The notes under the pieces: generated by a model | What the model was told of the DNA's origin: nothing | The model's database searches: none | The model's input: only the letters and a program-made list of their open reading frames with translations | In this document: positions 27,924 to 37,681 of the stretch, in pieces | How positions within the stretch are numbered: position 1 is the first letter of the stretch | Layout of the letters: each line of letters opens with the position of its first letter | Translations under genes and position numbers: made by a program | Source of the DNA: Candidatus Micrarchaeota archaeon | GTDB taxonomy: Archaea; Micrarchaeota; Micrarchaeia; Anstonellales; Bilamarchaeaceae | Length of the DNA: 64,000 nucleotides | Assembly: GCA_022627495.1 (NCBI GenBank) | Contig: JAKEGJ010000008.1 | Location: 8,212-72,211, forward strand | Direction of reading: 5' to 3'

Positions 27924-28149
27924 CGCACTTGGGCATTCCGGGTGTGGAAGCGACCTGTCGCGGGTTGCAACGGTACTGACTGAGGGCTTTTACCCCTGAG
28001 GGCTCGCCCCGTCACCGCTTGCTCGATCTGCGGGTGCTTCTGCGCGGGTGTTGGCTTGCTGCCTTTGCCGGCGGCACGTTATGCCTGCCCGGGCCTTGAG
28101 GGTCTTCGGAGGGCGCCGTAAAATGGCGGTCTCCGGTTTCCCAGGTGCG
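27924..28149 (+). ncRNA. candidate structured non-coding RNA (identity unresolved; SRP/7S RNA is one possibility)
   Basis: No credible ORF. TATA-like TTTATATAT at 27895-27903 lies about 21-29 nt upstream. The 5' end CGCACTTGGG..CCGG (27924-27941) pairs with CCGG..CCCAGGTGCG (28133-28149), and one pair is G-U only on the + strand. There are several internal GC-rich hairpins, e.g. UGCUGCC-UUUGCC-GGCGGCA. Confidence 0.35.
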
Positions 28150-28193
28150 ACAACATTTTCCGCTTCAGACCCCTCCATATGCGTTTCCATGCG

Positions 28194-28436
28194 CTAAGCG
28201 CACCTATTTTCCTCGCCGCAGGACAATCCTTCCATGCAATCACTGCTTTCAATGCAGAAGCCGCCTTCAGGGGATTTGATTGCCTCCGATGCCATCCGGT
28301 TAATCCGCTCCGTTTGGTTGCCAATCGTGGCGCTCGTCTCCTTTGCCGTTCCCATCAGCTGGTTCGCTGCTATCGCAATTACCGCCATCACGACTACAAC
28401 CAATACAAGCATCTCGGCTGAAAGCTGTCCCTTCAT
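28194..28436 (-). CDS. class III signal peptide protein (archaeal type IV pilin-like)
   Basis: N-terminus MKG/QLSAEMLVLVVVVMAVIAIA (prepilin-peptidase-type site plus hydrophobic helix). GGAGGGGG SD lies about 7 nt upstream of the ATG. Confidence 0.7.
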   Translation of the reverse strand: MKGQLSAEMLVLVVVVMAVIAIAANQLMGTAKETSATIGNQTERINRMASEAIKSPEGGFCIESSDCMEGLSCGEENRCA

Positions 28437-28855
28437 ATCCTTCCCCCTCCATGGCCGGTTTCACATCATCGCTTCCGGGCGCTTCTTCAGGCAGTCCCAT
28501 CTTCCTCCGAATAGCGCGGAGCCTCAGGTACATCGCAAGACGTTCTTCGGGCTCCATCTCGATGCGTTTTTTCCGGAAAAAAACAGGGAAATGGGCGAGC
28601 ATGACGGAGGCCCTGTCAAGGTGTGGGGATAGTTTTGCAAACAAAACTACCAAAGCATCCCCGCCATACCCGTTCATCCCATCCCCGGATTTCTTCTGAA
28701 AAACCAGCCTATTAATATTTTTTGTGAAATATTTGGTGGATTGCCCTTATTTTTCAAATTAAAACTGTGCCTCCGGATATTTCATTCGAAGCCAGATACG
28801 GAAAACCGGCTATTCAATACCAATATTTATAACTATAAACAACCAAATCAGTCCC

Positions 28856-30484
28856 ATGGCTAATGCTCAGATTGATTCTCATGTAAAAGCTGCCCGCGAA
28901 AGGTCTGATGAGAGGCGCAAGGCCTTTTTCACGGAGGCCAAGGACCGTTTCGAGAAATCCGCCCTCGCAAGCGGCTCTTTCTGCATCGGGAGGACGGATG
29001 ACGGGAAGCCTGCAGACACGCGCTCCGTCTCATCGCTCAACATCACGATAAGCGGATGGTTCGTCAAGACGGTCTTCATGCGCGATGACATCGGTTTGCT
29101 TAAAGGGCGGGATTGGCGCGATGTCGAGCGCGATGCGCGGGCCGGAGACATCCCAACGCGTGCTGTGGTTTCTGAAAACCACATCATAACTGCGGTGCGC
29201 GAACTCAAGCACGTGCGGGAGGGGTACTATTCGGAAATCAAAGCGACGAAGACCGTCGTAGACCGGATAACTGCCCTGAATTCCCTAATCGCCAACAAAC
29301 CCCACCCGGTAAGCGATTCGGACATTTCTAATGTCGTTAAAGGGCTGCGTGAGCTGCGCCCGGAAATCGAGAAGAAGGACGGTCCGCTCAAGCAGATTGT
29401 GGGCCTTGGCAGGCTGGATGAGGCAATCCGCAGGTTCGAGTGCGTTCTTGAGCCGGAATGCATAAACCGAGCCCTGGAACTTGGGCGCGCATGCGCGGTC
29501 CTTTTGTCCGTTCCCGAACGCCTTACGACCTGGCGCGACAAAAGGATTGCCGGAGGAGTCGCCTACACCACGCTCCGGGAGACCTCGCTCCGCGTGGAGC
29601 GGGACAAGTGGGTGTTTTCAAAACTCGCCTGGTTCTCCTCCGCAACCAACCGGGTAAGCCAATACGCCGAAGAGGATGGAAAGAAAAACGACGCCCTTGT
29701 GCGTGTCCGGGGCATGCTGGACGAACTGGATGCGCTCCATGCGCCGCTACGAAGGCTCCGCAAGATTGAAAAATGGCCGGCCGACGACGAAGCGAAGCTT
29801 CTTGAGGCAAGGAAATCTCTCGAATCAATGGAGCAGGAAGCATCCCGTACACCTTGGGCCGACAAGGAAATGAGGGCCGGGCTCAGAAAACAAATCACTA
29901 ATCTCGAGCGCAAGAAAACGCGTTCGGTTGAAGAATCAGAAGAGCTTGCTGATGCAAAAAAAAGAGTTGAGGAGATGAAAGCTGTGGCGATGCGCCTGCC
30001 CTGGCATGATGCGGCTGCCCGGGGCATCCTGCGCAAGACCATCCGCCGGCTCGAGGAAAAGAAAAAACGCGCGCAAGCGAATGCCGAAAAGCTGGATAGC
30101 GCGGAGAAGGCGTTCGCGGAGAAGAAAACCGAGGCCATGCGCTGCCTCTGGGCCAATTCCAAGCTGTTCGCCCCAACCAAGGATGGAAAAAAGCCGGCCC
30201 ATCTCTCAGGCGATTACAGCTGGGTGCACCGCCACATCAAGAACGAGCGGCTAGGGGAGGCCCGGGCGAAGCTGGACCGCCTGTCGCTGTTCCTAAACTC
30301 AAACAAGCCCAGGTTCATTTTTGATGAGCTTTCGGCAACCCGGGACAGCTACCTGGAACCCGTTCTTTCGGAAATGCGGCCCGCGGTCGCGGCATTCGAA
30401 TCTAAAGACTTGAGGGCGGCGCAGAGGCATTTCGCACAGGCGGCGCTCGAGATGCGCAAAATCGTATATCCGGAATCGCGGTGA
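28856..30484 (+). CDS. hypothetical helical/coiled-coil protein with ~49-aa internal repeats
   Basis: 542 aa, rich in K/R/E/A. Repeated (P)W..(8)..LRK.I..LE.KK.R modules at residues ~300-440. AT-rich upstream region. Confidence 0.6.
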   Translation: MANAQIDSHVKAARERSDERRKAFFTEAKDRFEKSALASGSFCIGRTDDGKPADTRSVSSLNITISGWFVKTVFMRDDIGLLKGRDWRDVERDARAGDIPTRAVVSENHIITAVRELKHVREGYYSEIKATKTVVDRITALNSLIANKPHPVSDSDISNVVKGLRELRPEIEKKDGPLKQIVGLGRLDEAIRRFECVLEPECINRALELGRACAVLLSVPERLTTWRDKRIAGGVAYTTLRETSLRVERDKWVFSKLAWFSSATNRVSQYAEEDGKKNDALVRVRGMLDELDALHAPLRRLRKIEKWPADDEAKLLEARKSLESMEQEASRTPWADKEMRAGLRKQITNLERKKTRSVEESEELADAKKRVEEMKAVAMRLPWHDAAARGILRKTIRRLEEKKKRAQANAEKLDSAEKAFAEKKTEAMRCLWANSKLFAPTKDGKKPAHLSGDYSWVHRHIKNERLGEARAKLDRLSLFLNSNKPRFIFDELSATRDSYLEPVLSEMRPAVAAFESKDLRAAQRHFAQAALEMRKIVYPESR

Positions 30485-30488
30485 TGGC

Positions 30489-30902
30489 ATGAAATCGAAG
30501 ACCGTCTACCTGGCATTCGATACGGAAAAGAAAATACAGATTGTCCGCATCACGGACAAGGTGGAACAGGCCGTTCGGGAAAGCGGAGTGAAGGAAGGGC
30601 TCGTCCTCGTCAACCCGATGCATATAACTGCCGCCGTGGTCGTGAACGACGATGAATCCGGCCTCCATGGCGATTACCTCCGCATCCTTGAGAAGCTCGC
30701 TCCGTACAGTGCGGATTACCGCCACAACGATACCGGTGAAAATAACGCTGCGGCACACATCTGGCGGCAGCTCATGGGGCACCAGGTCGTGATGGCGATA
30801 ACGGGCGGCAGGCTAGATCTGGGCACATGGGAGCAGATATTCTATTTCGAGTTCGATGGCAAAAGAAGCAAGCGGGTATTGCTCAAGATAATCGGCGAGT
30901 GA
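30489..30902 (+). CDS. YjbQ/UPF0047 family (secondary thiamine-phosphate synthase-like)
   Basis: 137 aa. [19 protein letters not shown]...[10 protein letters not shown]...[14 protein letters not shown] pattern. Confidence 0.82.
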   Translation: MKSKTVYLAFDTEKKIQIVRITDKVEQAVRESGVKEGLVLVNPMHITAAVVVNDDESGLHGDYLRILEKLAPYSADYRHNDTGENNAAAHIWRQLMGHQVVMAITGGRLDLGTWEQIFYFEFDGKRSKRVLLKIIGE

Positions 30903-30913
30903 ATGCCACCGGC

Positions 30914-31717
30914 TCAATACGGCTCATCCAGCTCGAACTCCTCGAGCGTCTTATGCGCATCCGCATGCGGGGGCTTCCCGGTTCCGAGCGCCTCCCAGCC
31001 GTTTTCCCTCAGCCACCTGCGCTTCTCCCGGTGGTCCGGCACTATCTTTTCGACAAGGTCCCAGAAACGGACGCCGTGGCTGCGGTATCTCGTGTGCGCG
31101 AGCTCGTGGATTATCACGTAATCCAGGACGTCCTGGGGCATGAAGAGGAGCCTGAAATTCAGGCTGATGGAGCCGTCCGGGGAGCAGCTGCCCCACCGGC
31201 TCGAATTGTCCCTGATCGTCACTCTTGGCACATTGGCGCCGAAATGACGCTCGTTCAGGAGCCGCACCCTCTCAAGGAGCCGGGGCCTGGCCTCCTCAGC
31301 AATCCTTCTCATGGCGAGCCTTGAGGCTATATCGCCTTTTCTCGGATGGCTCTCAACCACACTGACCTCCACCCTCCCGTCCCGCGACCTGCTCCCGAAC
31401 CGTTTGGCCGGCATGTACACTATGTCGAGCGGCATTCCCATGGCGATGACTCTTTGCCCGTGGAAGAGCGCCACCTTGCTTCCCTGCTCCGCCTTCCATC
31501 TGCCCTTCTCTATCGATTTCACCGCCCTCATAAGCAGGTTTGCCGCGACCTTCTCCTGTTCAGATGGAGGCCACCTTGCAGGAATGCTTATCACGATGAT
31601 GCGGCCTTTGAGCCTGGCGCTGGCTGTGCGATTAACGCTCGTTATGCGCCTGATTTCGAATACGATGCCGTTTATCTCGACCGATTCCAAGTGGACGCCT
31701 CGACACTCATTCGCCAA
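30914..31717 (-). CDS. YgjP-like (DUF45/WLM-type) zinc metallohydrolase
   Basis: HELAH motif (VIIHELAHTRYRSHGVRFW) near the C-terminus, as in the DUF45 family. Confidence 0.78.
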   Translation of the reverse strand: MANECRGVHLESVEINGIVFEIRRITSVNRTASARLKGRIIVISIPARWPPSEQEKVAANLLMRAVKSIEKGRWKAEQGSKVALFHGQRVIAMGMPLDIVYMPAKRFGSRSRDGRVEVSVVESHPRKGDIASRLAMRRIAEEARPRLLERVRLLNERHFGANVPRVTIRDNSSRWGSCSPDGSISLNFRLLFMPQDVLDYVIIHELAHTRYRSHGVRFWDLVEKIVPDHREKRRWLRENGWEALGTGKPPHADAHKTLEEFELDEPY

Positions 31718-31855
31718 GAAAACTTAAAACGGTATCCGATGCGAACTGTGTTTCCCCGGCCCGCGCATGGCGTTTCCAAGGTATATCCTTATATTTGCGG
31801 GTGGAATATCACAATACCAGCATCCCACGCGATTGAGAGACACCGGGTTGGCGAT

Positions 31856-33106
31856 ATGACCAAGGACCAGACTGCAGACGGCGGAGGCCTACAGAAGCTC
31901 CTAGCCATCCACATGCTCTACACGTTCATCGTGTCCGCCTTGGGGGTGCTCGTCCCGCTTTACCTGCTGGACCAGCATGTCGATATCGCCATGGTGGGCG
32001 TCATCCTTTCCCTGGGCCCCCTGACATTCACGGTGTTCCGGCTCCTGTTCGCGAGCATATCGGACGACGTGGGGACGAGGGTGATTTCGATCTTCTATTC
32101 AATGGCGAACCTTCTCGCGATTGAATTCTACACCCTGTTCATCTCCCCCATGGGCTTCGTGGCGGCAATACTGTCAGAAGGCCTGCGGACGTCCGGTTTC
32201 TGGGCCATCGCGCGAACCGACGTGCTGGCCGGAAACCACCTCAAAGAGCCCGGGCGCGAGCTTGCCCGCTTCTCGAACATGCGCCAGCTTGCAGACGGCC
32301 TGGGCAGGCTCGCTATCGGGTTCCTGCTCGTCTATTTCGCCTTCAGCGGCTCCCTGTCCATCCTCCTGGTCCTCTCGCTTTCCCTGATAGTGCTCATAAT
32401 ATCCAGTTCAGACAAAGTGCATGTCGGTTTTCGCGTAGGGCAGAGCACGCTGAAGCACATCTTCAAGCCTCGTTCAACGAGCTTCTGGAAGGCCGCCCTG
32501 CTCCAGCTTCTCGTATGGCTTCCCTACAATATGCTGCAGGCTTTCCTTATCCCAGTATACCTCATATCGGAACTGAAGCTCGGGTATTCTGACGTAGGCA
32601 TGGTGCTGGCCATGCTATCCCTTGCGACGGCCGGGATTTCGATACTCCTGATGAAGCTGGGCATCCCGAACAGGCTGCTGCTCTTACTTACGCTATTAAG
32701 CGTCCCGGCGCTCGTCTTCCTGCCATTCCTCGGCGCGGATGGCCTCATCCTGCTCGCGCTTATGGCGGTTTCATTCGGCTGCAGCAACATAGTCGGCGAA
32801 TACATCCTCGTAGACGTCGTCTTCCGGAGCAAGGAGGTCTCGGCCGATATCGGGGTGCTTTATGTTCCCCTCAAAATCGCCGAGGTGCTTTTCCTATCGC
32901 TCGGAGGCCTTGCAATCGCACATTTTGGCTACGTCCCGCTGTTCTTAACGCTGGCCGCATCCATCGGCCTGTTCGTCATTCTCGGCCACGCGGTGCTCTC
33001 GCCATCGAGCAGCGGGGCTGCGGCCATTCCGGACGGCCATGCGAAGGCACCTGGAGCTGGGATGTACGGGATAAATGCCAGGCCGCGCCGCTCAAAAAGT
33101 ATTTAA
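31856..33106 (+). CDS. MFS-type transporter
   Basis: About 12 hydrophobic segments. Start taken at the ATG at 31856, because the upstream part of ORF 31346.. is antisense to the ygjP-like gene. Confidence 0.7.
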   Translation: MTKDQTADGGGLQKLLAIHMLYTFIVSALGVLVPLYLLDQHVDIAMVGVILSLGPLTFTVFRLLFASISDDVGTRVISIFYSMANLLAIEFYTLFISPMGFVAAILSEGLRTSGFWAIARTDVLAGNHLKEPGRELARFSNMRQLADGLGRLAIGFLLVYFAFSGSLSILLVLSLSLIVLIISSSDKVHVGFRVGQSTLKHIFKPRSTSFWKAALLQLLVWLPYNMLQAFLIPVYLISELKLGYSDVGMVLAMLSLATAGISILLMKLGIPNRLLLLLTLLSVPALVFLPFLGADGLILLALMAVSFGCSNIVGEYILVDVVFRSKEVSADIGVLYVPLKIAEVLFLSLGGLAIAHFGYVPLFLTLAASIGLFVILGHAVLSPSSSGAAAIPDGHAKAPGAGMYGINARPRRSKSI

Positions 33107-33130
33107 TGCGCCAGCGCGTTAGCAGTCCCG

Positions 33131-33406
33131 ATGATGGCCCAGGAAAAGATATCCGGCGGAAAGCTCGTCTGCATCGAAGCGCATGCCGCCGGAGGCAAAG
33201 CCGCGAGGGTGAAAATCACGGGGGATTTCTTCCTGCACCCTGAAGACCGCATCAGCTCGCTCGAAGCTGCGCTTGTCGGCGTTCCGCTTGATATGGGCGA
33301 AGGGGAACTGGAGACCCGACTTCAGGACGCTCTGGGCGACGGCATCCTAATCGGAGCTACATGCAGGGACTTGGCGCGGATTTTCTGCAAGGCGGTGAAA
33401 AAATGA
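33131..33406 (+). CDS. lplB: lipoate-protein ligase C-terminal-domain protein (LplB-like)
   Basis: 91 aa. ..VKITGDFFLHPED... is typical of the LplA C-terminal domain. ATGA overlap with the next gene. Confidence 0.68.
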   Translation: MMAQEKISGGKLVCIEAHAAGGKAARVKITGDFFLHPEDRISSLEAALVGVPLDMGEGELETRLQDALGDGILIGATCRDLARIFCKAVKK

Positions 33407-34149
33407 GATGGCGCGTAATCGACTATGCTGAGAACGACGCATTCATGAACATGGCTATCGACGAGGCAGTCAGCGAGGCCGTGGGAGCCGGAGCGAGCCA
33501 GCCGACCATCCGGTTCTATGGCTGGAATCCAAGCGCCGTCTCGATAGGCTATTTCCAGAGCCTTGACAACGAGGTTGATTCCGCAGCCTGCGCCCGGGAG
33601 GGCGTAGACATCGTCCGCAGGCGCACGGGCGGCGGGGCGGTGTACCACGACACCCTGGGCGAAATCACATACAGCGTCATAGCTTCCGAAGGGCTTTTCC
33701 CCAAGGACATCCTGGCATCATACCGCGAAATCTGCGGCTGGATTGTCGATTCGCTCGCCATCCTGGGACTCAAGGCGGAGTTCAAGCCGATAAACGACAT
33801 CACCTTAAATGGGAAGAAGATTTCCGGAAACGCCCAGACGCGGCGCGGGGGCGTCCTTCTCCAGCACGGGACCGTCCTGCATTCAGTGGATGTGGACCGC
33901 ATGTTCTCGCTCCTCAGAGTCCCGGACGAGAAAATCAAGGACAAGATGATATCGAGCGTAAAGGAGCGGGTGACTTCGGTCGCACAGGAAAACGGGGAGG
34001 GAAGGGACTCCCTCTACCGCTCACTGGTGAAGGGGTTCACAGAAGGAAAAACAATCGAGTTCGGCCAGCTTTCGAAAAAAGAGATGTCACGGGCGGCCTG
34101 GCTGTCCAGAACCAGGTACATAACTGAAGAATGGAACCGGATGCGCTGA
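33403..34149 (+). CDS. lplA: lipoate-protein ligase A catalytic subunit
   Basis: RRRTGGGAVYHD and KKISGNAQ motifs. Confidence 0.85.
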   Translation: MRWRVIDYAENDAFMNMAIDEAVSEAVGAGASQPTIRFYGWNPSAVSIGYFQSLDNEVDSAACAREGVDIVRRRTGGGAVYHDTLGEITYSVIASEGLFPKDILASYREICGWIVDSLAILGLKAEFKPINDITLNGKKISGNAQTRRGGVLLQHGTVLHSVDVDRMFSLLRVPDEKIKDKMISSVKERVTSVAQENGEGRDSLYRSLVKGFTEGKTIEFGQLSKKEMSRAAWLSRTRYITEEWNRMR

Positions 34150-34179
34150 TTTCGCTACTTTTTTAATCGATGATGGAGA

Positions 34180-36465
34180 TTGGTTTCCATGTCATCATTG
34201 CGGATTCTCCAGTTGCTGGCCGTTCTGCTCATTTTCGTTTCGGCCTCATTTGCCGAATCAGACGATGCAAGGGCCCAGCGCGCCCTCCAGAAGGCAGCCG
34301 ATAACCTGGGCTGGTCCACTGCGGTCACTACGGACGAAGAGGATGATGTGGGCACGGGCAAGACCTACACGATTTCGCCGGAAGGGACCGGAAGCGACGA
34401 GGATTTGCACGGCTCCATCATCGTGTTCGCCACCGACCAGGAGCCCGGAGTCTGGCTTGGCTTCCTCGACGAGCAGTTCGACATGGACCGCTCGAGCTAC
34501 CTTGGCCGCGACGCTGTAATCCAGCGCTATGGAGAGAACTGCAACCCCACCGGAATTCCCAAGATTATAAACGATTTCGTGGTGGGGTTCTTCGAGGACA
34601 TATTCGGCGAATCGGACGACCCTGACAAGAACTGCGTCACAGAGCACGGCGCCATAGTCTTCGCATGCGGCAAGATGCTTTTTGCAGCGAGCGACGGCCG
34701 CGAAGATGAGGGCGGTGAGGAGGACAATATCGCGGCAGCGATATTCAGCGCGGCGCAGGAGGAGGGGCTCTGCGAATACGGAGACACGCTCATAATACTG
34801 GTCGATACGCCCGAGCTGGCCGGTTCAGAATTCATAAGCGAGAAGGTGAAGATGGCGCAGAAGGTCAACGAGTATTACGGCGTCATTTCCTACGGCCAGC
34901 GGCCGCCGTTCCGCGTATCGGTTTTAGATTCGGACGGCTCGCGCGGGCCCTTGGACTACTATACCCTCCCGACGCCGATGTCTTCTTTCAATGGTGATGC
35001 GAACAAGTGGAACAACTTCGAGAAGGCTGCGGTTCAGAAAGCGTTCAACGGCACCACCCTCTCCGAGGACCTCTATTTCGAGCGCATCGTGCTTGTCTAT
35101 GCGGGCCCGCCCCAACAGACCGCCCCCGCAGTTCCGTTCTACGACGCCTGCGACTACAAGCGCGACAGCGATTACGTGGAAGTGGGGACCACAACCGGGA
35201 CGAAGCGCATCTACAACAAGAACTTCATCTTCCTCAGCGAGGACAGCGAACTCGGCCAATGGGCGCATGAGTTCGGGCATTCGCTTCCATCCCGATACAT
35301 GCTTCCGGCGCCCCTGAGTTACGACCGGATAAGCGACAGGTACAATGTCGGCGCATTGGCTGACCGCCAGTACGGCGAGGTCAACAACTGGGGGCTTATG
35401 GGCTACGGTGTATGGTGGCCGAACGATGCGACATCACCGGTCCATATGGAGGGATTCACAAAGTTCGCCGCAGAGTGGCTAGGAACAAGCAGCGCTTCGC
35501 TCAACCAGACCTACACCGTGACCGCGCTGGAGCGCATGAAGAAGGGCGACAGCATTTTGACACTTGACGACCCCGCGTCCAACGATGCGGATTCCTATTA
35601 TATCATCGAGGCGCGCGACCCAACAGCGTTCTTCGGCGCTCCTGAATCCGGCGTGGTCATATACAAGGTGAGCAAGTCCGCAGGCCACCATGTAGTGAAC
35701 GCCCTGGCCCCCCAGTCCGGCGCGGTTACGGCAAGCAGCGCGCAGGGCAGGCAATACCAGAAGGCAACACTCACCGCAACGTCGGGCGACGCCTCGAACT
35801 ATACGAACGTGCCGGGCGGGTTCAGGATACGCCTCCTTGACAAGGGAAACAACGCGTCCATTGTGAAGGTGGAAGAGTTCGCGCCCGCAAATATGGTGGG
35901 TGCGGCAGCCGCCCCCAACGGCTCAATAATCGGGGCGATGCCGGGAATGAACAACAGCGTTAATCTGCCCCCGAAAGACTCCTTCGGCCCCAAGCCCGAC
36001 ATGGACCTGCACGCCTATGATTCGCAGGGCAGCCATGTGGGCATGAACTACCAGAGCGGCCAATACGAGAACCAGATCCCGGGCGCAATCGCATCCGGCG
36101 ACCTGAACGGCGATCAGGAGTGGATATTCGTCCCATCGGGAACGCAGGTCCGGTTCGAGATTTCCACCTACGACACCCAGCGGTTTATGCAGGCCAATCC
36201 CTCGCTCGCGGCCTTTGCGAAGCCGCAGGGGTATTCCGCCACCGCCATCAAGTACGATGCGGGCGGCGAGCGCTACGAGGCGGACCTCGGTGCGGGCAAT
36301 GTCCAGGCGGGGCAGTCATTGCAGCTGAAATCGCCGACAGACCCGTCCCTCAGCTATAAGAAGAAAGCGATTCCAGGGGCAGGGAACAACTGCTTCCTTT
36401 CAGGCGCCCTGCTCCTCTTTGTCGGCGCAGGGGCGCTGTTTTCGCTCCGGGGGAGGGCCGGTTGA
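34180..36465 (+). CDS. secreted HExxH zinc metalloprotease (M6/immune-inhibitor-A-like) with C-terminal TM anchor
   Basis: Signal-like N-terminus. HEFGH motif (GQWAHEFGHSLP). C-terminal hydrophobic segment. Confidence 0.65.
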   Translation: MVSMSSLRILQLLAVLLIFVSASFAESDDARAQRALQKAADNLGWSTAVTTDEEDDVGTGKTYTISPEGTGSDEDLHGSIIVFATDQEPGVWLGFLDEQFDMDRSSYLGRDAVIQRYGENCNPTGIPKIINDFVVGFFEDIFGESDDPDKNCVTEHGAIVFACGKMLFAASDGREDEGGEEDNIAAAIFSAAQEEGLCEYGDTLIILVDTPELAGSEFISEKVKMAQKVNEYYGVISYGQRPPFRVSVLDSDGSRGPLDYYTLPTPMSSFNGDANKWNNFEKAAVQKAFNGTTLSEDLYFERIVLVYAGPPQQTAPAVPFYDACDYKRDSDYVEVGTTTGTKRIYNKNFIFLSEDSELGQWAHEFGHSLPSRYMLPAPLSYDRISDRYNVGALADRQYGEVNNWGLMGYGVWWPNDATSPVHMEGFTKFAAEWLGTSSASLNQTYTVTALERMKKGDSILTLDDPASNDADSYYIIEARDPTAFFGAPESGVVIYKVSKSAGHHVVNALAPQSGAVTASSAQGRQYQKATLTATSGDASNYTNVPGGFRIRLLDKGNNASIVKVEEFAPANMVGAAAAPNGSIIGAMPGMNNSVNLPPKDSFGPKPDMDLHAYDSQGSHVGMNYQSGQYENQIPGAIASGDLNGDQEWIFVPSGTQVRFEISTYDTQRFMQANPSLAAFAKPQGYSATAIKYDAGGERYEADLGAGNVQAGQSLQLKSPTDPSLSYKKKAIPGAGNNCFLSGALLLFVGAGALFSLRGRAG

Positions 36466-36466
36466 C

Positions 36467-37279
36467 ATGTGCGAATTATTGGGGCTATGCTTCAGCAAGC
36501 CTATTAGGCCCAGCATATCATTCATCGGATTCCGGCAGCGCGGCGAGGTAAACCGCCATGGCTGGGGCGTGGCATTCTATCCTGACAACTCGGCTCAGGT
36601 GATTAAGGAGCCCATAAACGCGGGGGCGAGCGAGCTCTCGAACTTCCTCAAGGATTACCGACACATGTATTCGAAAATCCTGCTTGCCCATGTCCGGCAT
36701 GCCACAGTCGGCAGCCACACGCGCATGAATACGCACCCGTTCCAGCGCGAACTTTGCGGGCGCGATTACGTATTCGCGCACAACGGCCACCTGAAAGATT
36801 ACCGGAAAGCCCTTCCGCTCGGCGTTTATCGCCCAGTCGGAGAGACCGATTCCGAGCATGCGTTCTGCCATGTGATGGAGCTTATCAGGAAACGGGGCAT
36901 CGTGCACTGGTCGCACGCAGACTATGCCTGGCTCGAGGCGCAGCTCCGGAGGATTAACCGCTTCGGGGTTCTGAACTGCCTTCTATCGGACGGCGAGCAT
37001 CTTTTCGCATACCGCGGAACTGACGAAAAAAGGACGCTCTTCTTCCTGAACCGGGTGCCGCCATACGGGCGCGTGCGCCTCCTTGACGGCGATTTCTCCA
37101 TCGACCTTGGCCAGACAAAGGATTCTGAGTCGTTCGGCTTCATAGTCGCGACAAGGCCGCTGACAGACGAGGCATGGATTCCGTTCCCGCCCGGGCACCT
37201 CCTTGTTTTCAAGGACGGGAAAACCGTGTTTTCCGATGCCAAAATGCCAAGGCACGTAAGGGACGACCCGATGGGATGA
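36467..37279 (+). CDS. class II (Ntn) glutamine amidotransferase domain protein
   Basis: Starts MCELLG (catalytic Cys2), with ..HGWGVAFY.., ..HVRHATVG..NTHPF. Confidence 0.72.
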   Translation: MCELLGLCFSKPIRPSISFIGFRQRGEVNRHGWGVAFYPDNSAQVIKEPINAGASELSNFLKDYRHMYSKILLAHVRHATVGSHTRMNTHPFQRELCGRDYVFAHNGHLKDYRKALPLGVYRPVGETDSEHAFCHVMELIRKRGIVHWSHADYAWLEAQLRRINRFGVLNCLLSDGEHLFAYRGTDEKRTLFFLNRVPPYGRVRLLDGDFSIDLGQTKDSESFGFIVATRPLTDEAWIPFPPGHLLVFKDGKTVFSDAKMPRHVRDDPMG

Positions 37280-37297
37280 ATATATTTAAATCCGCCC

Positions 37298-37681
37298 ATG
37301 GAATGTGATTTTGTGAAAAACGACACGGTGCTTCTATTCGGCATACTGGGCGTGGCTGTCCTGGTGGCCGCAGCCATTTTCATATTCTCGCCAGGGAAAT
37401 ACGATGACCTGGCGAAGTGCCTAAGCGGCAAGGGCACGAAGATGTACGGCGCGTTCTGGTGCACGCATTGCAAGGAGCAAAAGGAGATGTTCGGCAAAAG
37501 CTGGCAGTATGTCGATTACGTCGAGTGCTCCACGCCTGACGGCCTCAGCCAGCTCGACATATGCAAAGCCGCGAATATCACATCGTATCCGACGTGGGTG
37601 TTCGCTGACGGGACAAGGCATTCCGGCCCGGTAACTTCCGAGCAGCTCGCAGTGAAGGCAGGCTGCCCCCTTCCGGTTTAA
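37298..37681 (+). CDS. membrane-anchored thioredoxin-fold protein (CxxC)
   Basis: One TM, then GAFWCTHCKEQK and ..YPTW.., resembling the Trx-like domain associated with VKOR-family proteins. Confidence 0.6.
   Translation: MECDFVKNDTVLLFGILGVAVLVAAAIFIFSPGKYDDLAKCLSGKGTKMYGAFWCTHCKEQKEMFGKSWQYVDYVECSTPDGLSQLDICKAANITSYPTWVFADGTRHSGPVTSEQLAVKAGCPLPV

Noticed and set aside
28133-28149. Minus-strand CCTGGGAAACCGG resembling the 3' region of archaeal 5S rRNA
   Set aside because: A 5S gene on that strand would have to extend into the pilin coding region, and no other 5S motifs are present. The segment is better explained as the 3' strand of the terminal helix of the candidate ncRNA.
31346-31855. 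5' extension of the MFS transporter ORF
   Set aside because: It is antisense to the ygjP-like gene and non-hydrophobic. The transporter most plausibly starts at the ATG at 31856.
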